Shown here: piece after piece, positions 38,168 through 47,168 of the stretch | Layout: every line of letters starts with the position of its first letter | Numbering within the stretch: position 1 is the first letter of the stretch | The notes under the pieces: generated by a model | Databases searched by the model: none | Seen by the model: the letters and a program-made list of their open reading frames with translations, nothing else | Told to the model about the DNA's origin: nothing | Source of the DNA: Ignavibacteria bacterium | GTDB taxonomy: Bacteria > Elusimicrobiota > Endomicrobiia > PHAN01 | Assembly (NCBI GenBank): GCA_041694835.1 | Contig: JBGFRZ010000082.1 | Span: 32,001-96,000 of the forward strand | Direction: 5' to 3' | Length of the DNA: 64,000 nt | Translations under genes and position numbers: made by a program

Positions 38168-38199
38168 ATATATATAATAAAATTTATGACATTTGTCAA
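38168..38199 (-). promoter_or_regulatory. Putative promoter of the riboswitch leader
   Basis: TTGACA at 38199-38194 followed by an AT-only -10 region just before riboswitch 1; exact -10 register ambiguous. Confidence 0.55.
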
Positions 38200-38236
38200 G
38201 GTTTTTTTAACAGCCGAAATTCTGCCAAAAATTGCA

Positions 38237-39082
38237 CTAAACATTGTCTATCAGCCTTGTCCTGCCAACCTTGGCGGCTATCAGGATTCTTAAATTATTT
38301 TTCAGCGATATTCTCCCCTCAATATTCGTTAACGTTTTCGGATCGACAATTTCTACATATTCAAGATTTATCCCGGAGATTTTTGAAACCGCTTTAGTTA
38401 TATATTTTTTTACCGATACAATGTCTTTAAGATACCCCTCTGAAATTTTGACTTTCGCGTCCGATATCGCTTTATAAATTAATGCCGAATCTAATTTTTG
38501 ACCCGTCGAAAGATATTTATTTCTGCTTGAAAACGCCAGTCCGAATTTTTCTCTTATAGTCGGACACGAAATGATTTTCACGGGGATATTTAAATCATCT
38601 ACCATTTTTTCTATGATTTTCAGTTGTTGAAAATCCTTCGTGCCGAAATACGCTCTTGTCGGTTGGATAATGTTAAACAGTTTTAAGACGACGGTTGTAA
38701 CTCCGCGAAAATGTCCCGGGCGGAATTTTCCGCAAAGTATGTCTGAAAGATTTTTCACTTCAACAAAAGTCAGATGCTCTTGTTTATAGATATCGTTTGT
38801 GGAAGGATAGAAAATTATGTCGACGCCAGTTTGTCGACAAATTTTTTTGTCTTGGCGAAATGTGCGTGGATATTTTTCAAAATCCTCGTTTTTGCCGAAC
38901 TGCGCGGGATTTATAAATATCGAAACGACAACGAGAGCATTTTCTTTGCGAGCCCTTTTTATCAAAGAGAGATGTCCTTCGTGGAGCGCCCCCATCGTAG
39001 GGACAAAGCCGATTGTTTTGCCACACTTTTTAAGCTTTACAAAATATCTTTGGGCAACAACGGGTGAAGTGATTATCTTCAT
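38237..39082 (-). CDS. panC: Pantoate--beta-alanine ligase
   Basis: VPTMGALHEGH, VSIFINPAQF, RPGHFRGV, FGTKDFQQ, SSRN and RLIDN motifs; start at ATG 39082. Confidence 0.95.
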   Translation of the reverse strand: MKIITSPVVAQRYFVKLKKCGKTIGFVPTMGALHEGHLSLIKRARKENALVVVSIFINPAQFGKNEDFEKYPRTFRQDKKICRQTGVDIIFYPSTNDIYKQEHLTFVEVKNLSDILCGKFRPGHFRGVTTVVLKLFNIIQPTRAYFGTKDFQQLKIIEKMVDDLNIPVKIISCPTIREKFGLAFSSRNKYLSTGQKLDSALIYKAISDAKVKISEGYLKDIVSVKKYITKAVSKISGINLEYVEIVDPKTLTNIEGRISLKNNLRILIAAKVGRTRLIDNV

Positions 39083-39283
39083 TTTGAAACCGCTGAAAAA
39101 CCTGTCAATAGTCCACAGTCCGCAGATTCTGTCGACCATCGACTATCGACTAAATTCTTTTGGGTGTCAGAAGGCCTTTTTCAATACCCTCATTTTACAA
39201 ATGTTCGATGCTTCAGACGATAAAAATCGACAATATTTAACAATGCTCCGACGATAAATTCGAACAAATGTTCGAATTTTCAG

Positions 39284-40156
39284 TCAGAGATTTTTGCTAA
39301 AAAATCTCGTTATTGTTTTCTTATACTCATCCGTATGCTCTATATAAGCTGTGCCATGGCCGTGCGAATCGAAAACGACCAGTTCCTTGGGTTCCTCCGC
39401 TTTTTCATAAACCCTTTTTACCGCTTCAACCGGAATGTTTTCATCGCCAGAAGTAGCCAACAAAAGAACCGCTGTCGGCGAAACTTTCGATATATTTCGC
39501 ATCGGAGAGTATCTCTCGGGCGAATGACCCAGGCGGATTATCGCACCCAGAATCGTAAGAACAACAAGTGGGTGCCGCGGGAGATTAAGAAAAAGTTTCG
39601 CATGGTGGGCTGTAATTTCGTTGAAAGAATCAAAAGGGCTTTCGGCCACAACTGCGTTTATTCTTTTGTCTTTGGAAGCAGCGTATATTGCAGCGACACC
39701 ACCCATAGAAAATCCGAAAACGCCTATCTTCGCCGACAGAGAAGGTTTTTCCTCTTTGAGATATTTCACGGCTGAGAGCATGTCCTCAGATTCATATTTT
39801 CCCATGGAGGTTTTATTTCCGCCACTTTCTCCGTGATTCGTAAAATCGAAATATAGAAGATTGTAATGCTGATGGAGAAAAAATGTCGAATATAAAACAT
39901 CGCCTTTAGAAGCGCCCCATCCGTGACAAATTATTATAGTTTTGGAAGTATTTTTCTGCGAAGTTATAAACCAACCTGATATTTTTCGTCTGCCGGATTT
40001 AAACTCTATTTTTTCAAAAGGAATTTTTAAGTTGTCCGGCGTTACATAATCTCTTATGCGAGGTGCATTTAAAATTAAACGAGACGAAAACCATGCCCAA
40101 ATTAAACAAGTGGTTAGAAAAATAAGTGCCCAAAAAACCGCAGGGTTGAGTTTCAA
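39284..40156 (-). CDS. Membrane-anchored alpha/beta hydrolase
   Basis: N-terminal TM, CHGWG, HGESG, nucleophile elbow GFSMGG, D...H. Confidence 0.85.
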   Translation of the reverse strand: MKLNPAVFWALIFLTTCLIWAWFSSRLILNAPRIRDYVTPDNLKIPFEKIEFKSGRRKISGWFITSQKNTSKTIIICHGWGASKGDVLYSTFFLHQHYNLLYFDFTNHGESGGNKTSMGKYESEDMLSAVKYLKEEKPSLSAKIGVFGFSMGGVAAIYAASKDKRINAVVAESPFDSFNEITAHHAKLFLNLPRHPLVVLTILGAIIRLGHSPERYSPMRNISKVSPTAVLLLATSGDENIPVEAVKRVYEKAEEPKELVVFDSHGHGTAYIEHTDEYKKTITRFFSKNL

Positions 40157-40157
40157 T

Positions 40158-41558
40158 CTATATCTTCCCCCATGGTTTTCTTTTTACAAATCGCCCGTGT
40201 CCGACGGTGCCGGTAAATTTTCCGTCTTTCGCTACGATTTTTCCGCGAGAGATTGTAACGGCGGGGTAACCTTTTAATTTCATACCCTGGAAAGGCGACC
40301 AGTCGCATCTGGTCTGCATATTATTAAAATCAATAACAACCCGTTTATTTGGGTCAAAGACGCAGATATCGGCGTCGGAGCCGACTTTGATTGTTCCTTT
40401 CTGAGGGTATAGTCCGAAAATTTTGGCGGGGTTCGTTGAGACGACTTCCACGAATCTGTTGAGCGAGAGTTTTTTCTTGTTAACACCCGCGGTAAATATC
40501 GTCGGAACCATCGTCTCAAGCCCCGGTATACCGAATGGAATTTTTGTAAAATCCCCCTGCCACATCGCTTTTTGTTTTGTGTCAAATGTGCAGGTGTCGG
40601 TTCCTATGGTGTCAATGTATCCTTTTTTCAATCCTTCCCAAAGACCCAGCTGGTCGTGTTTCTTTTTTACCTGCGGACAAATGCCGTAAAGGTGTCCCGT
40701 TTCCCTGGATTTATAAACATCGTCGGTCAAAAGGAGATAAGTCGGACAGGTCTCCGCCCATATTTTTACGCCGTCTCTTTTCGCCTCGCGCACAATCTCG
40801 GCGCTTTCCGACGCCGACATATGGACGATAAAAAGCCGTCCGCCCGTTTCTTTTGCCCAAGTCGCCGCGCGGCGGACCGCCTCGTATTCTGTATAACAAG
40901 GACGAGCCATCGCGTGAAGATAGGCGCCGTATTTATTCATCATCTCCTGCGTGTGGTATCTCTCAATAAGGAGGTCCAGGACAATCGCACTCTCGGCGTG
41001 GACAAGGATTAGTCCTCCGTGTTTTGCCGTTTCCTCAAGCCCTTGAAAAAGTATTCCGTCGTCAGCCATCCAGCCCTGAGAGCGATAAATCATAAACATC
41101 TTAAAAGAGGTCACACCGTCCTTTACGAGGTCGCTCATATCTCTTCTCACATTCTCGTTCCACTTGGTTATTCCGCCGTGAAGAGCGTAATCCACGCACA
41201 CTTTTCCGTCGGCTTCTTTCTTCCTCGCCTCAACGGTTTCAATAAGAGAACCCCCTTTGTCCTGTATGGCTATGGCGAAATCAATAACGGTGGTCACGCC
41301 GCCGCATGCCGCGGCTTTCGTGCCATTTTCAAAATCGTCGCATGAAACCGTTCCGCAAAAAGGCAGCTGCAAATGCACATGGGCATCAATCGCGCCGGGA
41401 AAAACAAGCAATCCCCTGGCATCGAGCATATGGGCGCCATCTGCTCTGATGTCTTTTTTGACCGAGACGACTTTCTCTCCTTTGATGGCGATGTCGGCAA
41501 CAAATGTCTTTTCGGCAAGAACGATTTTTCCGCCTTTAACGACTAAATCAAATGACAT
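40158..41558 (-). CDS. hydA: Dihydropyrimidinase / D-hydantoinase
   Basis: PGAIDAHVH, AACGGVTT, SFKMFM, VHAE, ETCP and GSDAD motifs; clustered with preA; GGAGG before ATG 41558. Confidence 0.9.
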   Translation of the reverse strand: MSFDLVVKGGKIVLAEKTFVADIAIKGEKVVSVKKDIRADGAHMLDARGLLVFPGAIDAHVHLQLPFCGTVSCDDFENGTKAAACGGVTTVIDFAIAIQDKGGSLIETVEARKKEADGKVCVDYALHGGITKWNENVRRDMSDLVKDGVTSFKMFMIYRSQGWMADDGILFQGLEETAKHGGLILVHAESAIVLDLLIERYHTQEMMNKYGAYLHAMARPCYTEYEAVRRAATWAKETGGRLFIVHMSASESAEIVREAKRDGVKIWAETCPTYLLLTDDVYKSRETGHLYGICPQVKKKHDQLGLWEGLKKGYIDTIGTDTCTFDTKQKAMWQGDFTKIPFGIPGLETMVPTIFTAGVNKKKLSLNRFVEVVSTNPAKIFGLYPQKGTIKVGSDADICVFDPNKRVVIDFNNMQTRCDWSPFQGMKLKGYPAVTISRGKIVAKDGKFTGTVGHGRFVKRKPWGKI

Positions 41559-41863
41559 AAAACCTCCTCTTAATATAGGCAAAGAAAAATAGGAAATAGG
41601 GAACGATGGAAAGAACGGTGCCAGATGTCAGATGCAGGTTAAAACGACAGATACACGTTGTAGCGGCACCGCCTTGCAGTGCAAATAATTGGCATCGTAA
41701 AGCTTGTCCTCGCAGGGGAACGATGCATCTACCTGTATTCTGTATTTGCTTTTCCTTTATCCTGCATCCTGTATCTGTTTTTTGGTATCCGGGATCCGGT
41801 ATCCGCTATCGCTTTTGTCTGTTCTACTGCTCCGACCTCTGACCTCTCATCTCTGACCTCTGT

Positions 41864-42337
41864 TTATTCCAGCATATATTCTTCAAAAGGAATTCCTTTC
41901 TTAATCAATTCTTCGCGCCAGAGTTGTTTTGCCTTCGGCATTTTTTCGCGTGAGCGTCTCACCCATTTTGATTCGGGCGGCGAAAAGAGTTCCGCCGCCG
42001 TCTGATACCATACATATGCATATTTTATTGACGATTCTTCTCGTTCTCTTTTATTGTTAAACTCAATGATTTCTGTTTGTATTTCGTATTCTTTCTGTGA
42101 GATTTTTTTTGAATCCAACTTCTTTTGAAGTGATGTTTTTTCTTTGGAGAGTTTTTCGTCAAAAAACTTCTCTTTTAATTGAGGGTTTTCGTGCCATGCC
42201 CAAAACTTTTCGCCTTCAAGATACGCCGAGCGAGCACGCATTACAACATCAACATAAATGAGCGCATAAACTGCAATTATGGTAGCAACGACCGAGGCGG
42301 CAATTCTTTGCCATTTTTTAGGAAATAATTTATTCAT
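41864..42337 (-). CDS. Hypothetical membrane-anchored protein
   Basis: N-terminal TM followed by a helical domain; no motif recognised. Confidence 0.65.
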   Translation of the reverse strand: MNKLFPKKWQRIAASVVATIIAVYALIYVDVVMRARSAYLEGEKFWAWHENPQLKEKFFDEKLSKEKTSLQKKLDSKKISQKEYEIQTEIIEFNNKREREESSIKYAYVWYQTAAELFSPPESKWVRRSREKMPKAKQLWREELIKKGIPFEEYMLE

Positions 42338-42734
42338 CTTTGTTTTTTATCTTTTTATGTCTTTAATGTCGTGCGTCCGATAAAAATGTTCTTTTAATCT
42401 CTATAATCGTTTTCAACCTGCTCTTCTTTTTCCACAAACTCTTTTATCTACCTGCGATGATTCGGTTACTCCAAAAAATTTTCGTCTTGTTTTTCTCATT
42501 TGAGCGAGCACATTAAGAGAGGTTTAAAAATTTTTCTTCGTTGAGCGATTCTGCTTCTTCGTAACTTCCCTGTCTCCAATAGATTTTTCTTCCATCTGAT
42601 ATTTTTTTCTAATTTTCATAATAGTGTTCCGGACAATGTTTTCATTGGTTTATTTCGCACAGAGGATTTTTAATTGAGACCCGTCTCCAATTCCATCCAA
42701 TTCCAAATTCTGACAATTTACCACTGCTTTTATT

Positions 42735-43739
42735 CTAAACAGATAGTAATTTTAATTGATGAATATGTTGATACCGATAATGATTACGTTTAATCAAAGA
42801 ATGCTTTTTTTCAATGTCAACTTCTTTCAATCTTCGAATAGCAATTTTTACATATTCACTATTAGAATCAATTCCAATGTATTTCTTTTCTAATATCTTG
42901 GCAGCGACTGTCGTGGTAGCGCTCCCAACAAAAGGGTCTAATATAATGGCATTTTTAGAAAAAGCCGATAACTGAATCAAATATTCACAGATCGCTAATG
43001 GTTTCACTGTTTTATGTAGATTATAATCTCCTTTTTCTTTCTTTGATGGTTTGGGCAACAGGAACACTTTATCAATCTCAGTGTTTATGTTTTCAGTGGT
43101 AATTACATTTGCTGGATACATATTTTTACCCAATCTAATATTCGTATTTACCAAACCAACTTTGTATTTCAACATGTTGTTTAGATAAGTAGTGTCTGTC
43201 GGTTTTTGCGCCACAGCAATAGGTTCAAAACAAGATTTAATCTGCGGGGTCTTCCATCCGTGCAATCTTTCTCTAATAATATTTTTTTGGTCATTGCCAG
43301 CTCCCATCTTATCAATAAAATGATTAAGCCCCATTGCCTTTGCCTGATTTTGAGTATAGAGCCACATGAAAACATCTCTGATCTCAAATCCCGCATCGTC
43401 CAATGCTGATGCCATTCTATGATATAGGCGAGGACTAGAAAATGAAAAGAAAAATCCACCGGGTTTCAATAATCTGATAATTTCCTTTGATATTTTTAAA
43501 TACCAACTATAAAATCTGACGCCTTGTTCTCTCTCAAATTTCATTCCAGCTGGCAATGACTTTATGATGTAGTGATTGCGTGTATTAGTTACTACTTCAT
43601 GATTCCATTGGTTGTCCAGTTTATCTAAAAAATACGGGGGGTCAGTTATAACAAGATCTATTGAATTGCTTTCAATTTGCGGAAGCACGTTTAATGCATT
43701 ATCACATATAATTTTATTCAAAAATTTTTTGTTTTTCAT
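42735..43739 (-). CDS. Site-specific DNA methyltransferase (N4/N6, beta class)
   Basis: ITDPPY precedes HKTVKP and LDPFVGS. Confidence 0.9.
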   Translation of the reverse strand: MKNKKFLNKIICDNALNVLPQIESNSIDLVITDPPYFLDKLDNQWNHEVVTNTRNHYIIKSLPAGMKFEREQGVRFYSWYLKISKEIIRLLKPGGFFFSFSSPRLYHRMASALDDAGFEIRDVFMWLYTQNQAKAMGLNHFIDKMGAGNDQKNIIRERLHGWKTPQIKSCFEPIAVAQKPTDTTYLNNMLKYKVGLVNTNIRLGKNMYPANVITTENINTEIDKVFLLPKPSKKEKGDYNLHKTVKPLAICEYLIQLSAFSKNAIILDPFVGSATTTVAAKILEKKYIGIDSNSEYVKIAIRRLKEVDIEKKHSLIKRNHYRYQHIHQLKLLSV

Positions 43740-43742
43740 ACT

Positions 43743-44467
43743 CTATTTTATTTCGGAAGGTTTTTTACCGTCAAACTTATCATATAGAATTTTGTAAATT
43801 TTTATTTTTATCTCTCTATCGCAAGTTCTTACCACATTTGAATCGGCAACTTTTATTACTCTGCCTTTTTCGTCATAAACCCATCTATTCCTATCTCCAC
43901 GATTACACTTTTGACATTGAGGAATAATATTATCCGCAACTAATGGTTTACGAGGATTCATATGAGCTTTTTGTAATTTTGTTTTTGTGGCAGGCCAATG
44001 CAAATGAGGCAGTCCTTCTTCGGAACCACATGTGGCGCATCTAAAATGATATTTTTCTTTCATCTTACTCCAATCGTCCGTATCACTAATTCTATGTCCT
44101 TTTTTAAAAGATGGGTAGGGCTTTTCTAATGTGTATAATTGATACTCCCCCCTTTTAAGATTCAAGACGATATTATCTCTGCCCCCTGCCACAATCCACC
44201 AACCTTTTTGTGCTCCTAAATGCCTGGCCTGTTGCACATCATTGACATCAGGGTCAAACTCTCGAATAAATCTCGTTAGTTCTTCTTTAGTAACTTTATT
44301 CGTATATGGATAGTTCTGAGCTAAATAAACTAAAACAAGCGCATCCTTTTAAAATTGCCAGAAGCATCATGAAGTCTAGGTAAACCAACCCCATATTTTT
44401 CCAAATGTTTTGCATGACACTCTTTAATAATAGTGTGATAAATTCTATATATTTCGTTCTTATCCAT
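43743..44467 (-). pseudogene. Frameshifted HNH-type restriction endonuclease
   Basis: 5' fragment from ATG 44467 (MDKNE...SGNFK) stops shortly after 44350; the open -1 frame (KDALVLVYL...VQQARH) continues into CATC...H...CQKCN. Confidence 0.7.
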
Positions 44468-44470
44468 ATT

Positions 44471-45679
44471 TTATGTTTTCATTTCGAGTGTCACGCAGGA
44501 TTCTACGGGGCAAATCACGGCGCAGAGGCCGCATCCGACGCATTTTTCTTCGTCGACCGACGGCAAACGGTTGCTGTCAAGGGTAATCGCTTGATGTCCC
44601 CCGTCGGAACATCCAAGATAACAAAGGTCACATTTCTCGCAGGTTTCTTTGTCGATTTTGCTGACCGGCTTTTTTTCTCTTGAAAGAGCGACGTGCGAAG
44701 AGATTTTTTGTGCAGAAACGCCGACCATGTCGGATATTTTTGCAAAGCCCTTGTCGTCCATGAAGTTTGAAAGTCCGTCTTTGAGGTCCTCGACGATTCT
44801 ATAGCCGTAATGCATTGCCGCTGTACAGACCTGAAGTCCCGACGCTCCCATAAGTAAAAACTCGGCAGCGTCCCGCCAAGTGGTTATTCCGCCCATTCCC
44901 GATATCGGAAGACCCAGACGTTCGTCGAGATAAAGTTCGGTAATGAATCTGAGCGCAATCGGTTTTACGGCGGGACCTGACAATCCTCCGAGAGCGGATT
45001 TTCCGTTTACCGTTGGGAGCGGAATCAGTGTTTCAAGGTCAACACCAATTACCGCCTGAACGGTGTTTATCGCGGCTATGGCATCCGCTCCGCCGTTTTT
45101 TGCGGCAAGAGCGGGCTCTCTCATATCTGTGATATTAGGTGTGAGTTTTGCAAGAACAGGCATTTTGCCCGCGGCTTTTTTTACCCATCCGCAGACCTTC
45201 TCGACGTTTGAAGGCGATTTCCCCGTCGCAGAGCCCATTCCTTTTTCAGGCATTCCGTGGGGACATCCGAAGTTTAATTCAAGTCCGTCGACGCCGCAGT
45301 CAAGCACTTTTTTCGTTATTTCCGTCCACGACTCTTCGTCGTTTGCAACCATTAGCGACGCTACTACGACATTTTTTGGATATTTTTTTTTCGTCTCGCG
45401 GATTTCTTTTAAGTTTACTTCAAGGGTTCTGTCGGTTATCATCTCTATGTTTTCAAGCGCGATGAGTTTTTTGTCCTCGTAGTCAAGTCCGGCAAGGCGC
45501 GGGCTGACGTTGACAATCGGAGTTTTTTCTTCCAATCCGAGAGTTTTCCAGACGGCGCCGCCCCAGCCGGCGTCAAACGCCCTCTGAATCATCTCGCCGG
45601 TATTTGTCACCGGACTTGAAGCCAACCAGAACGGATTTTGGGATTTGATACCACAAAAATCAATCGAAATGTCCGCCAT
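44471..45679 (-). CDS. preA: Dihydropyrimidine dehydrogenase subunit PreA
   Basis: NPFWLAS, GWGGAVWKT, ELNFGCPHGM, KLTPN and C-terminal 2x[4Fe-4S]. Confidence 0.92.
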   Translation of the reverse strand: MADISIDFCGIKSQNPFWLASSPVTNTGEMIQRAFDAGWGGAVWKTLGLEEKTPIVNVSPRLAGLDYEDKKLIALENIEMITDRTLEVNLKEIRETKKKYPKNVVVASLMVANDEESWTEITKKVLDCGVDGLELNFGCPHGMPEKGMGSATGKSPSNVEKVCGWVKKAAGKMPVLAKLTPNITDMREPALAAKNGGADAIAAINTVQAVIGVDLETLIPLPTVNGKSALGGLSGPAVKPIALRFITELYLDERLGLPISGMGGITTWRDAAEFLLMGASGLQVCTAAMHYGYRIVEDLKDGLSNFMDDKGFAKISDMVGVSAQKISSHVALSREKKPVSKIDKETCEKCDLCYLGCSDGGHQAITLDSNRLPSVDEEKCVGCGLCAVICPVESCVTLEMKT

Positions 45680-45780
45680 AAAACCTCCTGACTCCGCTAT
45701 AGCGGGAAGTTAAAGGTCAAAGGATAAAGGGTAAAGGTCAAAATATTTAGATTTTATACCTTTAATTTTAACCTTTCACC

Positions 45781-47022
45781 TTAAATTTTAACCTTTATAT
45801 TCTTCTTATCAATCTCCAAAACTGTGTTTAGTAAAACATTTATGCCTTTGCAACAGTCATCAAGTGATGTAAATTCTAACTCGCAATGACTGTGTCCGTC
45901 TTTAGACGGAACAAAAATCATCGTGGCGGGAATTATATCGGCGACATACTGAGCGTCGTGACCTGCTCCGCTGTACATCTTTTTGCTTGTGTATCCGAAG
46001 GCGTCCGCACTTTTTTGGACAAGAGCGACTAATTCTTCGTTGAATCTGACCGTTTTGCGCGACCATGCCTCTTCGCATTTCACTTCGCACTTGTCAAATT
46101 CTTTTGGAATGTTTTTGATTATTTCCACAACTTGTTTTATGACTTCCGGTTCCTTGTGTCTTGCGTCCAATGAAAAATCCACATAGTCGGGTATGACGGT
46201 ATGGATATTCGGATGGCAGATTATATTACCCGTCGTATAGACAAGAGCGCTGTCAAGTTTGTCAAGTTCCCGGTGAAGATATTTAATCGCGGAAGCCGCG
46301 GCCAATAGAGCGTCTCGTCTGAACTTCATCGGCGTTGTTCCCGCGTGGTCGGACTGCCCATAAGTTCTTATTCTGTAATTTACCATTCCCAAAACACCTT
46401 CTACAACACCGATTTCTTTTTTTTCGGCTTCAAGCACGGGGCCTTGTTCAATATGCAACTCCAACATCGCTATGTAATCTTTCGGATTGAGCCGGTTCGA
46501 TTGAGCGCCGACGTATCCACTCTCTTTTAGCGCTTCGCCGAATGTTTTTCCGTCGGGGCTTTTTGACGAGAGTATTTTTTCTTTTTCAAACTTGCCGCAG
46601 ACGACGCCTGATGAGAGCATCGCCGGAGGATAGAGTGAGCCCTCTTCGTTGGTCCAGATCATAGCGGTAACAGGGTGATTGTGGGGAATTTTTTGCGTAG
46701 CGAGTGTTTCCACTACTTCAAGAGCCGCAATGACTCCCAAAATGCCGTCGTAGTTGCCACCGTTTCTTACGGAATCGCAGTGGGAAGCAATCACAATTTT
46801 CGGAAGGCCTTTTTCGGGACCGGGGTGCGTCGCATACATATTTGCCATGTCGTCGGTTACGGTTTTTGCGCCTACTGAATTCATTCTTTTGACAAACTCG
46901 GCTCTTGCCTGAAGGTCTTCTTTCGACAGCGAAAATCTCGTTATTCCGCCGCGGGCCGTAGCGCCGAATTTCGCGAAAGTTTCGATTTTATTTTTTACTC
47001 TTTCTTTGTTGCAAGTCAGCAT
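45781..47022 (-). CDS. N-carbamoyl-beta-alanine amidohydrolase (hydantoinase/carbamoylase family, M20)
   Basis: SHCDSV..GG.YDG..G, NEEG, ELHIEQGP, HAGTTPM and SGAGHDA motifs. Confidence 0.88.
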   Translation of the reverse strand: MLTCNKERVKNKIETFAKFGATARGGITRFSLSKEDLQARAEFVKRMNSVGAKTVTDDMANMYATHPGPEKGLPKIVIASHCDSVRNGGNYDGILGVIAALEVVETLATQKIPHNHPVTAMIWTNEEGSLYPPAMLSSGVVCGKFEKEKILSSKSPDGKTFGEALKESGYVGAQSNRLNPKDYIAMLELHIEQGPVLEAEKKEIGVVEGVLGMVNYRIRTYGQSDHAGTTPMKFRRDALLAAASAIKYLHRELDKLDSALVYTTGNIICHPNIHTVIPDYVDFSLDARHKEPEVIKQVVEIIKNIPKEFDKCEVKCEEAWSRKTVRFNEELVALVQKSADAFGYTSKKMYSGAGHDAQYVADIIPATMIFVPSKDGHSHCELEFTSLDDCCKGINVLLNTVLEIDKKNIKVKI

Positions 47023-47168
47023 ATTCTATACCCCGGCGACATAGCGACGCATCGACTCAGCGACATAATAGCAGAGCAACAGAGCAGTAGCGAGTAGCGG
47101 GTAGATAGTAGATAGGGGGAACAACCCTCGCTACTCGCTACCATCTACTATCTACTATTCGCTATTTG

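Noticed and set aside
44346-44356. Programmed -1 ribosomal frameshift in the HNH gene
   Set aside because: The in-frame T TTT AAA does not fit X XXY YYZ, and no clear stimulatory structure is seen
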